This document shows, piece after piece, positions 11,484 through 25,374 of a stretch of DNA of 64,000 bases. The stretch comes from Octopus sinensis (Eukaryota), in the NCBI RefSeq assembly GCF_006345805.1, contig NC_043007.1, positions 2,232,001 to 2,296,000 on the forward strand, given 5' to 3'. Made by a program: the position numbers and the translations under genes. Numbering within the stretch: the first letter of the stretch is position 1; each line of letters begins with the position of its first letter. The notes under the pieces are model-generated. The model did no database searches. It was not told where the DNA came from and worked only from the letters and a program-made list of their open reading frames with translations.

Positions 11484-11710
11484 ATTTCTTTACTACCCAC
11501 AAGGAGCTATACATAGAGGGGACAAACAAGGACAGACAAAGGGATTAAGTCGATTAAATCTACCCAGTGTGAAACTGGTACTTAATTTATCGACCCCGAG
11601 AGGATGAAAGGCAAAGTCGACCTCGGCGGAATTTGAACTCAGAACGTAACGACAGACGAAATACCGCTAAGCATTTCGCCCGGCGCGCTAACGTTTCTGC
11701 CAGCTCGCTT
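11484..11710 (-). mobile_element. tRNA-derived SINE family B (CORE-like central region)
   Basis: GAGCTGGCAGAAACGTTAG..GAGTTCAAATTCC B box, GAGGTCGACTTTGCCTTTCATCC core, tail GGGTAGTAAAGAAAT. Confidence 0.9.
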
Positions 11711-12600
11711 ATATATAACACATATGAGTGTGTGTGTGTGCATGTACATATATGTATATACATGTATGTGTGTATGCATATGTGTACATGTCTGTGTATA
11801 CGCACGCACGCACACACACACACACATATGTATGCATATATGTGTGTGTGTGTGTGTGAATGTGTGAATGTGATGTATGTGTGTGTCCGTGCACGTGTAT
11901 CCGCGTGTGTGTTTGTATGTGCGTCCGTGTATGCGTATGTATATATGCATATATATCCATTCTGATGGCTTTACTGAATTAAGGCAGCTGAATATTAATG
12001 CGGGAACCGTTCTCATTGATGATGTTGTTTCTTAATACTCTCCGTATCTGTCTAAGCGCCAAATTTGTAAACATAATGATTCAGACACATAAAAAAGTAC
12101 GCGTAAAATGCACAAAACATTATATTATATGATGAAGGAGCCAGAAAGGTTCGTTTATTAGTTCATATATTTTCTTATATCCATCATATTGTTGGCCAAT
12201 GTATAGATATTACAAAAATAATTATCGACAATTGAAGCACCTATTTTCGAAAAGTACTTAAGTAATATAAGATCGATGTGTCTTTGGCACTTTAGTTGGA
12301 ACTCAATTGTTTTTTGGTTTCATGCTGTATTAGTTTGAGAATTCTCATCTGTCTTTTATAAATTCTGGTAGTTTTTCTTTCTTTCTTTTTTTCTTTCTTC
12401 GTTTTCTTCCTTCTAAGTGATAACAAGATATAATGTTATACATACACACGCACACACACACACATATATATACATATACACACATGTATGTATGTATGTA
12501 TGTATGTATGTATGTATCTATCTATCTATCTATCTATTTATATATATATATAAATATATATATATATATTTATATGTATGCATATCTATATTATATATAT

Positions 12601-12827
12601 ATTTCTTTACTACCCACAAGGAGCTATACATAGAGGGGACAAACAAGGACAGACAAAGGGATTAAGTCGATTAAATCTACCCAGTGTGAAACTGGTACTT
12701 AATTTATCGACCCCGAGAGGATGAAAGGCAAAGTCGACCTCGGCGGAATTTGAACTCAGAACGTAACGACAGACGAAATACCGCTAAGCATTTCGCCCGG
12801 CGCGCTAACGTTTCTGCCAGCTCGCTT
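12601..12827 (-). mobile_element. SINE family B (second unit of the tandem duplication)
   Basis: Matches 11484-11710 essentially base for base. Confidence 0.9.
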
Positions 12828-13676
12828 ATATATAACACATATGAGTGTGTGTGTGTGCATGTACATATATGTATATACATGTATGTGTGTATGCATATGT
12901 GTACATGTCTGTGTATACGCACGCACACACACACACACACACACATATGTATGCATATATGTGTGTGTGTGTGTGTGAATGTGTGAATGTGATGTATGTG
13001 TGTGTCCGTGCACGTGTATCCGCGTGTGTGTTTGTATGTGCGTCCGTGTATGCGTATGTATATATGCATATATATCCATTCTGATGGCTTTACTGAATTA
13101 AGGCAGCTGAATATTAATGCGGGAACCGTTCTCATTGATGATGTTGTTTCTTAATACTCTCCGTATCTGTCTAAGCGCCAAATTTGTAAACATAATGATT
13201 CAGACACATAAAAAAGTACGCGTAAAATGCACAAAACATTATATTATATGATGAAGGAGCCAGAAAGGTTCGTTTATTAGTTCATATATTTTCTTATATC
13301 CATCATATTGTTGGCCAATGTATAGATATTACAAAAATAATTATCGACAATTGAAGCACCTATTTTCGAAAAGTACTTAAGTAATATAAGATCGATGTGT
13401 CTTTGGCACTTTAGTTGGAACTCAATTGTTTTTTGGTTTCATGCTGTATTAGTTTGAGAATTCTCATCTGTCTTTTATAAATTCTGGTAGTTTTTCTTTC
13501 TTTCTTTTTTTTTTTCTTCGTTTTCTTCCTTCTAAGTGATAACAAGATATAATGTTATACATACACACGCACACACACACACATATATATACATATACAC
13601 ACATGTATGTATGTATGTATGTATGTATGTATGTATCTATCTATCTATCTATCTATTTATATATATATAATATATA

Positions 13677-13718
<42 letters not shown>

Positions 13719-13764
13719 GTATGTACACACACACTCATGCACATATGCATACATATATATGTAT

Positions 13765-13812
<48 letters not shown>

Positions 13813-14539
13813 TAAATATAGATATATGTCCATGCATATATTACATACATTACATACATAATAATATTCGTATGACATTTTTCTTATACATAGAAACATG
13901 CACACAAGTATATATATATATATATATATTGTGATGGCCTATTGTATTAAACGATTCGGATATTAATAACATCCGCATTGTTGTTACTATTATTGTTATT
14001 TTCAATACTCTCGAGATGGTCTTTTTGTAATAAAAATTAATCACAGAAGAGGAAAGCTCAGTGGAATATCATTATGGAAGATGCATTTCCTGAATAATAT
14101 GGCTGCCCCACCACCAAAATACATAAGTTCACCGTGAATGATAAATCTTCTAAAATGAACGTGCAGCTGGCTCATTCAAGCATGTGATGTCATGTTATTA
14201 TTTAGCCCCAGGTCAGAAATGATGGATGAGACCTATGATCAAAAGTGTTCTAGTTATTCGCATGCCAATTCTTGTTATGCTGATTCTGTGCCGGAAACTA
14301 GATTAACCAGCAACATTAACCGATGTGCTTTCATTTCTTTTTAAGACTTCAGAGTATGAAGTGAGGAAGATCTTTCTGGTACTTTAGCAGATCCAGCGAC
14401 CATGTAGCAGTTGTTAAATGTACATTTAATTTGCTGTTCTATAATTATAGAAAATATGCTTTCATGTGATTGATCATATTCAGTGTTTATAATCATGCAG
14501 GCTGGTGGTTATGTTTCCAAGAGTAACATCTTGATATTA

Positions 14540-14641
14540 TATTTGTGAGTATGTGTGTATGCACGCATGTAAATACATACATACATACATATATTATATA
14601 TATATATATATATATGCACATACATATATATATATACATAC

Positions 14642-14694
<53 letters not shown>

Positions 14695-14985
14695 CTTTAT
14701 ATATAAATATATATGTATATATAAACGTGAATATATACATATACACACATATATATACATATATATATATCTTTATATATAAATATATATGTATATATGT
14801 ATGTGTATATATATGCATATACACACATATATATAGACATATATACGCATATGTATACATGTCTATATGTATATATATATGTATGTATATATATATATTC
14901 ATATGAAAATTTATGCATATATATGTATATATGTGTATATGCAAGTAAGTATGTACATATACACACACTCACACACATACACACG
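14540..14985. repeat. Compound (TA)/(TACA)/(TG) microsatellite
   Basis: Direct reading. Confidence 0.95.
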
Positions 14986-15879
14986 TGCAATTCTTGTTTT
15001 TGTTTCATGGTACAAGACACACTGCTATAAATTCGAATCTACATCAGTCGGTCATCAATGGCGTGATTTCTTTTTCGGTTTACAAACCGTTCATAAAATG
15101 GTAGAATCGAATAACTCCACTAGAAAATGTGTTAGTCAGGAATTTGTTACTATTGAGTTATGGACGAAAATATATTGTTATTGAAAAAAAAAATAACACT
15201 ATTATTGAAACTCTTTTGTGATTAATAACTTATCTTCTTAATATAAAAGTCATAAATATACAATTTATAGACCCTAAAGGAGAGAAGACAGAGCTGAGGT
15301 GGTGTGATCTCGATCAAATTGCTTAGAAGCCAAGAGTTTCTGTACGTATATCGGTACTGTATTATTGGCTAAATATATTTATCTCAGCAGTAACCCGGTT
15401 CCCCTAGCTGTGGACACAGTGTGGCCGTATATACAACGCAACCATTTAATATATGTGTATATTAGGCCTGGTTGGTTTTCTTTGAATTGTCAGGAAAACC
15501 TATTTTTATCTCTGAGAAAAGATGGTCCATATTAATCTGGAATTCATCCTTTGACATGTCCATCGTGGGAGACCCTACCAGTAACTTGCACATCGCTAGC
15601 AGAGCCTCTAGGATCATCAAGGCGCATAAGGAACCACACCGAAAAAGACTGGATCTTGTGATGGAATCCCACATATACTATGTATGAAAATAGAATGATG
15701 TGGACACAGTTACCTTTGTGAAAATGTAGCAATAGGTTTGTCTGTTTGACCAGGGTTGGAATTAAACAACTACACACGAAATATTAACAATCATTAACCT
15801 AACATGGAGAATACTTTTATTAACTAGTACAGAAACCCTGTTACTCCTCTCTGTACTAGACCACGACAATGTTGCCTGA

Positions 15880-16292
15880 AAAGGCGACGAGCTGGCAGAA
15901 TCGTTAGTACGCCGGGCGAAATGCTTGGCGGTATTTCGTCTGCCGTTACGTTCTGACTTCAAATTCCGCTGAGGTCGACTTTGCCTTTGATTCTTTCGGG
16001 GTCGATAAATTAAGGACCAGTTACATCCGGGGGTCGATATAATCGACTTAATCCGTTTGTCTGTCCTTCTTTGTCCTGTCTGTGTTTAGCCCCTTGTGGG
16101 TAGTAAAGAAATAGGTATTTCGTCTGCCACTACGTTCTGAGTTCAAATTCCGCCGAGGTCGACTTTGCCTTTCATCCTTTCGGGATGAATACCAGTTACA
16201 CACTCGGGTCGATATAATCGACTTAATCCGTTTGTCTGTCCTTGTTTGTCCTCTCTGTGTTTAGCCCCTTGTGGGTAGTAAAGAAATAGATG
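15880..16292 (+). mobile_element. SINE family B head-to-tail dimer with one 11-bp TSD
   Basis: Unit 1 15880-16113, 5'-truncated unit 2 16114-16292; ATGTTGCCTGA at 15869-15879 and 16293-16303. Confidence 0.9.
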
Positions 16293-17070
16293 ATGTTGCC
16301 TGAGGTACACCAATATTTGTTTTTACCTTTATTAACGTTAATATTACTATGATTTAATCTGGTCCTACCAACGATAATCATATAATATAATCACACACCT
16401 CACATAAAATGTTTGTATGAATCAGCTCTGCTATGATATACAAAGTAGCCCCGACAACAATGCGACAAAAACAACCTAGAAATTTGACACAAAACTCCTG
16501 CTTTAGTATACAAAAGAGAGAGAGCATCAGTGACGCTACCACAAAGATAATAACTATTACAATACCAACCATTAAATATCTACTATTATAATACAAATTG
16601 CAACCGAAACGATTTTCTTTCAAACAATCAACTTCAAATAGCAATTTTCTTTGTACGATATAAGAGCCATCAACATCATAAACTTCACAATCATGATAAA
16701 CAGGGCTATATATCAATCAGTGACAGAAGTCGAGAATACATCATGGCACGATGCCATATTTGAAGCAAGCGAAAGAAAAAGCATTAAAAATATAATATCT
16801 ACGATTCGATTCTTATTTTAATCATTCCTTTTTTATTACACAGAAATATTATTTTCTACTTAGTCTACCTTCGGCCTTTATTTGCTCTGTGGTATTTTGC
16901 TTGTCCATGAAAACTATCAATATCTGCATTGCATTACAAACCAGCGATATGCTGGTTCAGCTACCAAGATGAAACGAAATCATGTAGCTTGATCGATGCG
17001 GAGATAAGCAGTTCTTCAAAGAAACCATCACGGTATGCAGCGATGACCGTATCCAGAGGCTAGTAAGTGT

Positions 17071-17117
<47 letters not shown>

Positions 17118-17239
17118 CATCTGTGTGTGCATACACATACAAACATACAAATAAATCTATATATAAACAAATAATGCAAAATGAGATGGAAAGAACAAAA
17201 TAGGTTAATATACGATTAGGTATATATATATATTATATT

Positions 17240-17464
17240 ATTTCTTTATTGCCCACAAGGGGCTAAATATAGAGGGGACAAACAAGGACAGACAAAGGGA
17301 TTAAGTCGATTACAATCGACCCCAGTGGGTAACTGGTTTTATCGACTCCGAAAGGATGAAAGGCAAAATCGACCTCGGCGGAATTTGAACTCAGAACGTA
17401 ACAGCAGACGAAAAACTGCTAAGCATTTCGCCCGGTGTGCTAACGTTTCTGCCAGCTCGCCGCA
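17240..17464 (-). mobile_element. SINE family B
   Basis: Colinear with other B copies. Confidence 0.9.
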
Positions 17465-18499
17465 TTATATATATATATATTATATATATATATATATATA
17501 TATGTGTGTGGTGTGTGTGTGTGTGTGTGTGTGTGTTGTGTGTGTGTGTGTGGTGTGTGTGTGTGTGGTGTGTGTGTGTGTGGTGTGTGCATGGATGTTG
17601 TTGTGTGGCTGTCTGTCTGTCTGTCCATACGTGCATGATGTGTGGTAAAGTCTGAACAACTAGTTCCCAACTCAAAAGCACCAGTCTGTATTCCACTAAG
17701 CGATCCCATCAATCTTGTGGAACGCACAACATTCCTCTGTCACTTGTGTCTTGAAACTCACAGATTTGCATCTGTTCTTAAAAAACACTGACGAGGTCAG
17801 TGAAACAAGGAGAAACAAGGAGAGAAAGCAATCATCTATAAAAATGCTGCCATCTTTATCATATGTATGTATGTATGAGCGTGTGTGTTAAGTTGAGGTT
17901 ATTTGAAATATAGTGTAAAATTAATGTCAAAACATTTACTGATAGAATGATTCAATGCTTAGATACAAATTTAACGTCTTGCTTGGGAACCTACCTTTGG
18001 CTTATAGTTTAATGGATGATGTATACAAATTCTAGCAATAGCTTGTCAAAACTGCAAGGTAGCAAATTATGAAATTAAACTTATGACTGACTGCTGGAAG
18101 AAAAGCTCTCAGTAGTCAGTTAGTTCTTATCTTATGACAAACTCATTTCTGTAAATGTTTTTATATTAGAGTTTAAATCACAGCACGCAACAACAACGGT
18201 AGAGCAGTAGGATTCAATTTTCTCTTAAACTGCAGACGTTAGCTCAAACCATTGGTAAAATTTACGTTAGAGACACAACATTCCTAACAAGACAATTAGA
18301 GGAGATATTACGCAACACTATCTGTAGGAGATGAAACAACTCTTGCGTAACCTATTTGCTAAGAACGATGTTAGTTTGAAGCATTTAACTGAAATACCAA
18401 TAGTAAAAGCTACATTCAGTCAGTATTTTTGCCATTTCTCCAAATCTTCTACTGTCTCAGACTGAATATTTTGCAGTACTTATTTACTGTTATTCGCTT

Positions 18500-18565
18500 A
18501 GTTCAAATCACACCAGGATCGACTTTACCTTTGATCCTTTCGTCGTCGGTGAAATACAATACTTT
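18500..18565 (+). mobile_element. Decayed SINE B core fragment
   Basis: GTTCAAATC..GATCGACTTTACCTTTGATCCTTTCG. Confidence 0.55.
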
Positions 18566-20828
18566 ACAAGTATTGCTGTTATTTAATCGACTCTTTTCTT
18601 AAATTTGAAGTGTTTTATATAGATAGGAAATTAATAATGTTCTTTCACTTTTCTAAGTATCAGCCTAGCATTGTGCGTGATGTTAACAAAATTATTTACA
18701 AATATCTTAGCGTGCATACATATATACATCATACATACATGCATAAAATTTATAATGTTACCTTGTTTTTGTTATCTATATTCATCCAATTCCATGCATC
18801 TTACCACCAAGCCAGATTCCAGCTTCCAGCTTCAAAGAGAATGTTGACTCTCAAGGACTGAAGACCAGGTGAGACATCTGATTGGTCAATAATCGTGGCT
18901 ATTTTCTAAAGAGAGATTTGAAATTTACTACAGGCTGCCACGCTTTTCAAAGCATAACCTAACAAGTCACCAGATCTGAAAAAACTTCACCCTCCTTATC
19001 AATAAAATTATAAAAGCAATCAGCTGATAGGTCTTATTATTTATGCAAAGACAATACAATTGTGGTTTTTCAGAGAATAGCTAAAATACTTGACGTGACT
19101 GAAGAAAACTGACTGTAGTTTTGAAATCAGTACGCCAGTTTTAGTCAAAATCAAGTGAGAAGGGTGACCACAGCCAAAATGCCATGTGAACAGAGGACAA
19201 CTTGATAAAGGTTGATATGGAACAGAACAAGAAGCCGTAGGAAACAATCTATTTGTCTTTAAAATAAGCCGGAATATAACTTGTTATTATAAATCACGAG
19301 AGCATTGTATGTTTGAAAAACGTCTGAATAATTAGCTGTATAAACTAAAATACTTCCATGGGTTTAACTTGGAGCTGCATGGCATCTACAACCCTAGGTT
19401 GCAATAAATATAATATACGAAGTCAACTCCACTTTATTTTTAATAATTTTTACATTGATTCGTATAGATCTTAACATAACATTATTAAAAGCTAACAAAC
19501 TTTATCTCTCCTTTCTTCATACTTTTATATCAGTAGCAAAACTCAAACAATAAATCAGATTTCCTGAAAATCACATCTAAAATAAGTGGCACTTTTCTTT
19601 TATTGTCAAATCTGACCTATAATCAAAGGCTATTGATTATTTAATAACTTATCGTTAACACAATCAATAGAGGAAAATATTTGAACATTTTATCTTACTT
19701 TAATAGTCTAGAACGTGAAAAATCAAAACCATTGAGAATCGTAGTTATGACTGTGCAAAATACTGTAATGAATTGTCACAATCCCATTCCGTCTCAAATA
19801 TTGTGGTATTTAAGTAAGAGCTTTTAAACGTTTCTAAAAAGAAAAATCTATTTAAACTGTCTTTAGCGCAAGTAAAGTAATCTCATATTTTATCTTGAAA
19901 ATCCCCGTTTTAATAAATTTCATGATTTCAGCTATTTGAAATCGTTTTCATCTCCCCATTGTATATTACAGACTATTATTATGCACGATGCGATCATAAA
20001 ATCTACTTATTAAAATATTGCTTCCATCCGTACAAGAGAAATTTGAATAATATTAAGCACCGGGGAAGCCAAATTTGCGATTCTTCACTGTAAGTTCTCT
20101 TCTCGGCTGAGTTATCTTTTCGGGTTTTATAAGCCAAGGATTGCATTCGACTTTTGTCAAACTGACTCCCTACTAACATATTTTTTGCAAGCTGCCCCAA
20201 CATTCAGGGGTGATCCAAAGATCCTTTAACATATTTCTGCTTACGTTAGCTGTTGACTACGGAGAAAGACAGTAGTGTTGCTATCAAGGGCAAAACTGTC
20301 GCTGCAAGGTATCCATGATGTGAAGCAAGATGGCTGTGTTTCAAATTGCCTTTGCTTTACGCCATCTGTAGCATTTCTAAATCATTGCACAGTAGTTTTC
20401 TTTTAGCGAAATTTAAAAACTATTTTATCAGCTCAAAATGGCTTGGCATCAACTGCACTATTTATCTCCCAAGAGTTAACAATATATATATATATATATT
20501 TCTTGTTGTTGTATTCGTAATTGTGTATCATGTTCTCCGATGTTTTGTTTGTTTGTTTTTCTTTGCCTTTGTTGCCATACACATTTGTTAGCTTTCTTAC
20601 AAATGGGTCTAATGCTCTTACCTTAGATATTTTTGGAGACAACCAGATCGAACCATCTCAAGTGTAACTGTCCGAAATAGTCGTGACTTCTGGTACTTGG
20701 CTGAGGAAAGAAGGCCACGAACGACCCGTCCTTTTTTTTTGTCTCTCCTAATTGTTGTTTCTCTTGTCCGCCTTTGTGTCGTCTATCTGTCCAAACGTTT
20801 TAATACCCTCTCTTGCGTTTTTATTGTT

Positions 20829-20899
<71 letters not shown>

Positions 20900-20907
20900 C
20901 AATCATG

Positions 20908-21133
20908 TATTCCTTTACTTGGTTCTGTCATTTGATGTAGCCGTGCTGGAGCACCGCCTTGAAAGGTTTTTAGTCGAATGACTCGACTCAAGAACTTATC
21001 TTTAAGCCTAGCACGTATTCTATCAGTCGCTTTTGCTGACCCACGAAGTTACAGGGACGTAAACACACCAAAACCGGTTGTGAAGCGGTTATGGAGACAA
21101 AGACAAACACAACAACCACACACACACACAGAC
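20908..21133 (-). mobile_element. SINE family A, 3' module only
   Basis: Matches GCTGGAGCACCGCC..GTAAACACACC..GACAAACAC. Confidence 0.8.
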
Positions 21134-21371
21134 ACTCTTTTACTCTTTTGCTTGTTTCAGTCATTTAACTGCGGCCATGCTAGAGCACCGCCTTTAGTCG
21201 AATGAATCGATCCCAGGAGTTATTTTTGTAAGCCTAGTATTTACTCTATCGGTCTCTTTTGCCGAGCCACTAAGTTACGAAGATATAAACACACCAACAT
21301 CGGTTGTCAAGCGATGGTGAAGGGACAAAGACAGACACATAAACATATACATACATATATGCATGCATACA

Positions 21372-21435
<64 letters not shown>

Positions 21436-21585
21436 ACATGCTTCTTTCAGTTTCCGTCTACCTAATCCACTCACAAGGCTTTGGTCGGCCCGAGGCTATA
21501 GCGGAAGACTAATGCCCAAGGTGCCACGCAGTGGGACTGAACCCGGAACCATGTGCTTGGGAAGCAAGCTTTTCAACACGCATGA
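21134..21585 (-). mobile_element. SINE family A, near full length
   Basis: Colinear with other A copies. Confidence 0.88.
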
Positions 21586-22643
21586 AAATATAATTGGCGG
21601 TATACTTCAATGAAATAGAATTCTTCAATTTAATTTTGAGAATTATTTCTATGTTCTATAAAATCAACTGAAAATTTATGTATGATAGAATTGTGAACAC
21701 AAATAATAGTTAATATTAATATAGGTGAGGAACTTTCGATGTATGTAAATTATATACAGAAGCAAAATGGAAGCTGGCAATGAAATTAAATATTTTCTAA
21801 GGATAACGGTAACAAAAATACATCTCCTGGAATAGTAACTGTTATTGATGTTTGATAACCATAACTTAGTACAATTATGGTATAGCAATTATTTGTTCCG
21901 TTCTGATTTTGACTGTTGGATGTATTTTGTTACAATATTTGAGGAGTAGTTTTAGTTGGTTTATGATAAAAATCAAAAATATACAATAAAGAAAATTTCA
22001 CTGATCTTTGGACAAATAAGACACGAAATGAAACTGTAACTTAACATCAAATTGATCTTCAAAGTATAACTTTATATTAAGTCTTAGATCGATAACAAAT
22101 ATTGAATTGGTTGTTAAAAGTAAATTAAAGACATTGTATTAAATTTTACTAAACTATGAGAAATAAAAAGAAACCGAACCGGCTATTACACCTAAGCTTT
22201 TGACAAATTTCTAGCTTGTTACTTCTAAACATAGTTTCCTTAATGAAAATATTTAAAAGAAATTTAATTATATCAAATAGCTTACGCTTTGGCAATAATT
22301 ATCTAAGTCTCTTAGACAGTTCAAATATTAATATATATAAGTCAGAGCAATAGAAAGGAAATCAATAATATTATAATGCAGCCACAAAGTCGACAAAAGC
22401 AGTAAATTTTGCATTATACAAATAACTCTTCTAATGGCTAGCGTGGAAAGATCTGATAGGAGAAAGAAAAGTTTATGGTTCTAAATTTCCTTTTGTATAC
22501 ATCTTCAATTACGTCCTGTTTTTATACAAAGTAGCTAATGTTTTGGATTATAAGAGAACAAAATGTATTTTAATCTTATTTAATGCAGCTTTCTCGTCAC
22601 CAGATTTCCTTTTCTTTCTTCTTTTTCTTCTTTCTTTCCATAG

Positions 22644-22748
22644 ATCTGGTCTGCAAAATCTATTTCAGTGTTCAATGTCCTGTTCTTTGCCATTGAAATA
22701 ATTTTCGAAAATTTAGTAACAGACAAACATCAGGAGAAGTTTAAGAGG
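22644..22748 (+). CDS. Weak candidate internal exon (IWSAKSISVFNVLFFAIEIIFENLVTDKHQEKFKR)
   Basis: Long polypyrimidine tract + CATAG acceptor, GG|GTAATA donor, 105 nt phase 0-0, open frame. Confidence 0.25.
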
Positions 22749-22925
22749 GTAATAATACAGTAATGGAGACATTCACGAAATATAAACGTGGGCTGTACTG
22801 AAGTATTGTTGCTGTCCAAATAAAACGCAACAGTCAACAATTACATAGCAATTACATAGATGAAGGTATATTTCCTTTTTAACGAAAATCCACTTTATTT
22901 AACATTGACTTTCTTCTTTTTCTTT

Positions 22926-23172
22926 TTGCGCCCTTTTAAAGCCTAGCCAGGCTCATGGGCCCGGTTTCCCGGTTTCTATGGCGTATGTGTTCTCCAGCTG
23001 GACGGGACGCCAGTCCATCGCAGTGTTGCTCATTTTTGCCAGCTGAGTTAACTGAAGCAACGTGAAATGAAGTGTTTTGCCCAAGGACACAACGCGTCGC
23101 CCGGTCCAGGAATCGAAACCACAATCTTACGATCATGGTGCTGACACCCTAAACACTAAGCCACGCGCGTCC
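22926..23172 (-). mobile_element. tRNA-derived SINE family C with V-domain-like segment
   Basis: GCGCGTGGCTTAGTG A box, GGTTTCGATTCC B box, GTTGTGTCCTTGGGCAAAACAC, GCGATGGACTGGCGTCCCGTCCAG. Confidence 0.82.
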
Positions 23173-24550
23173 ACATTTAACATTGACGCCTGTCGAATAT
23201 AAAATGCTATTCTAGTATATAATTGTGGGTCGTAAGCGCAACACGAAACCCCAATTAATATCTTCCTAACCTCTGTGCTTTTAGCCGGATTTATTCTATT
23301 ACAGGCGTTTGGACCAGACTTCAGGCAGGGGCGTATCATGATTTCAGGGTACGCTCACACCCGCGTCTTTTCTTTATTCTGGACAGTACCACGTATTGCA
23401 AGAAGATACTCATTGAAAATGTCTCCCGCCGGAGATATACTGCCAGCTATTACAACGGTTAGCTTTCATCTGACCCGCGGGTATAATCTTAGGTGACTAC
23501 CCTACAAGCTGTGCATCATTTCATATCGTATTTGCCCCACTTCATGGCTGCTTCCCCATCGAACACCAAAATCTTCCGTCACCATTTTGAAGTTACTGAC
23601 ATCCAATTTGGGTTCTTTAAGTGGGACTTAGTTATGGATGTCTGCAATTTGAAAGTCGTGGTCGTCTCCTTCCCCCAACCCAAACGAAATCAAAAATCCA
23701 GTACTATGAAAATGTCTAAAACGCGAACAAATACTTCTGCTGAATAATTACCCGTTCTTTTCAAATATTTATGGACTTCGATTCAATTAAAAACCGATAT
23801 ATCACTTTATTACATATAAACCATGCGTTCATTTTAGAAACATAAGCACATACCATTTCTTATCTCTAGTTTGGCACCACTGAACAGACTACACTCATTA
23901 TTCAAGCTTCATTCTGAAAGTTGACGTTAGTAAATATCGAGATTGTACTGTCCGTGACATTGTCTCCAGGCTTTTATTTACATTTGATAAATATTAACTT
24001 TCTTTACCCTTCCATATACATCTGTTACTGCTACTGCTTTCCGAACTGATCTAATCACTACCAGTTATACGATTAGGGACAACTCACCACCGCCGACTCA
24101 ACGCCAGGACAACTCACCGCCAACAAAATTGATTAATAAATAATTTATTCGTTTTAGAACATTATCAGAAACTTATAAAACGATTAATTTTAATACATGG
24201 CTTGAATAAAAAAAAAGCAGAACTTTAAAAATTCGAATAAAAGTAATTTATAAAAGATATAATTATACATACATATGTGTGTGTGTGTGTGTGTTCCGGA
24301 ACAATGGTTTGTTTGCTTCACGATCGGCCCAAGCTTTTCCAACTTAGCAGTTTGTCGCAGTAATTTATTGGTCATAACGGTCTATTTAGAGTTTGTCGAA
24401 TGTATTTTGATTGCTCTAAATTATTCAAAGAAGGAATACCAAGAATTCGTATTTTTCTATCAATGTTGGCAGTCACAGCTCTTGAGATCGAGATTAAGAC
24501 GTAGGATTTTGGAAGTTGGATTGGTGAATATATATTAAAATTTTTCATCA

Positions 24551-24954
24551 CACCCAAAATAGAAATTCTTAGCCAAAGAGGCAAAGAAAAAAATTGCACA
24601 CGAAGGATATTTATTTTCTTTTGATAAGTTTTGTAAGAGTGGCAAGAATATAAAATGTTGGCGTTGTGATCAGGGTTCTAGATGCAATACAAGGGTTCAT
24701 ACGAAGTTTGGTGCAGTTATCATGGAAGTAAACACACATCACCATAATTCGTCTGCAGTTAATATAGAAGTGGCCAAAGTGCACACAGCCTTGAAATGTC
24801 GTGCCGAAGACATCGTTGAAAAGCCAAGTGCAGTAATAGGTGAAATATTAACAAATGCATCTCAGGTTACACTCGGATCATTGCCAAATGCTTCAGTCAT
24901 TAGGGAAACTATAAAATGCAAAAGTAGAGCCTTAAGTGCCCCACATCCGAGTTC
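24551..24954 (+). pseudogene. FLYWCH zinc-finger N-terminus of MULE transposase (frameshifted, truncated)
   Basis: EILSQRGKEK/IAHEGYLFSFDK...KCWRCDQGSRCNTRVHT...MEVNTHHH; +1 A in poly-A; ends at SINE insertion; no DDE domain. Confidence 0.8.
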
Positions 24955-25374
24955 TACTCTTTTACTTGTTTCAGTCATTTTACTGCAGCCATGCTGGAGC
25001 ACCGCCTTTAGCCGAGTGAATCGACCCCAGGACTTATTCTTTGTAAGCCTAGTACTTACTCTATCGTTCTTTTTGCCGAACCACTAGGTTACAGGAACGT
25101 AAACACACCAGCATCGGTTGGCAAGCGATGTTGGAGGGGGGGAACAAACACAGACACACAAACACACATACACACACACACACACACACACGTATATATA
25201 CACATATACACGACGGGCTTCTTTCAGTTTCCGTCTACCAAATACACTCACAAAGCTTTGGTCGACCCGAGGCTATAGTAGAAGACACTTTACCAAGGTG
25301 CCACGCAGTGGGACTGAACCCGGAACCATGTGGTTGGTAAGCAAGCTACTTATCCCACAGCCACTCCTGCGCCT
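24955..25374 (-). mobile_element. SINE family A nested in the MULE
   Basis: Colinear with other A copies. Confidence 0.9.

Larger units (their letters stand above)
11474..13680. repeat. ~1.12-kb near-identical tandem duplication
   Basis: Offset 1117-1119 bp throughout (e.g. 11484 vs 12601; 12421 vs 13540); junctions in (TA)n. Confidence 0.92.

Noticed and set aside
17786-17806. CTGACGAG..GAAAC hammerhead-like string
   Set aside because: It is a simple perfect hairpin (CACTGAC-GAG-GTCAGTG) and helix III cannot form with any nearby NUH triplet.
18084-18122. 13-bp hairpin TGACTGACTGCTG/CAGTAGTCAGTTA as pre-miRNA
   Set aside because: Stem too short for a Drosha/Dicer substrate.
23340-23700. 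Possible very old RT-like coding remnant (minus)
   Set aside because: Only vague resemblance (IADIHN, GSISP) with several stops.
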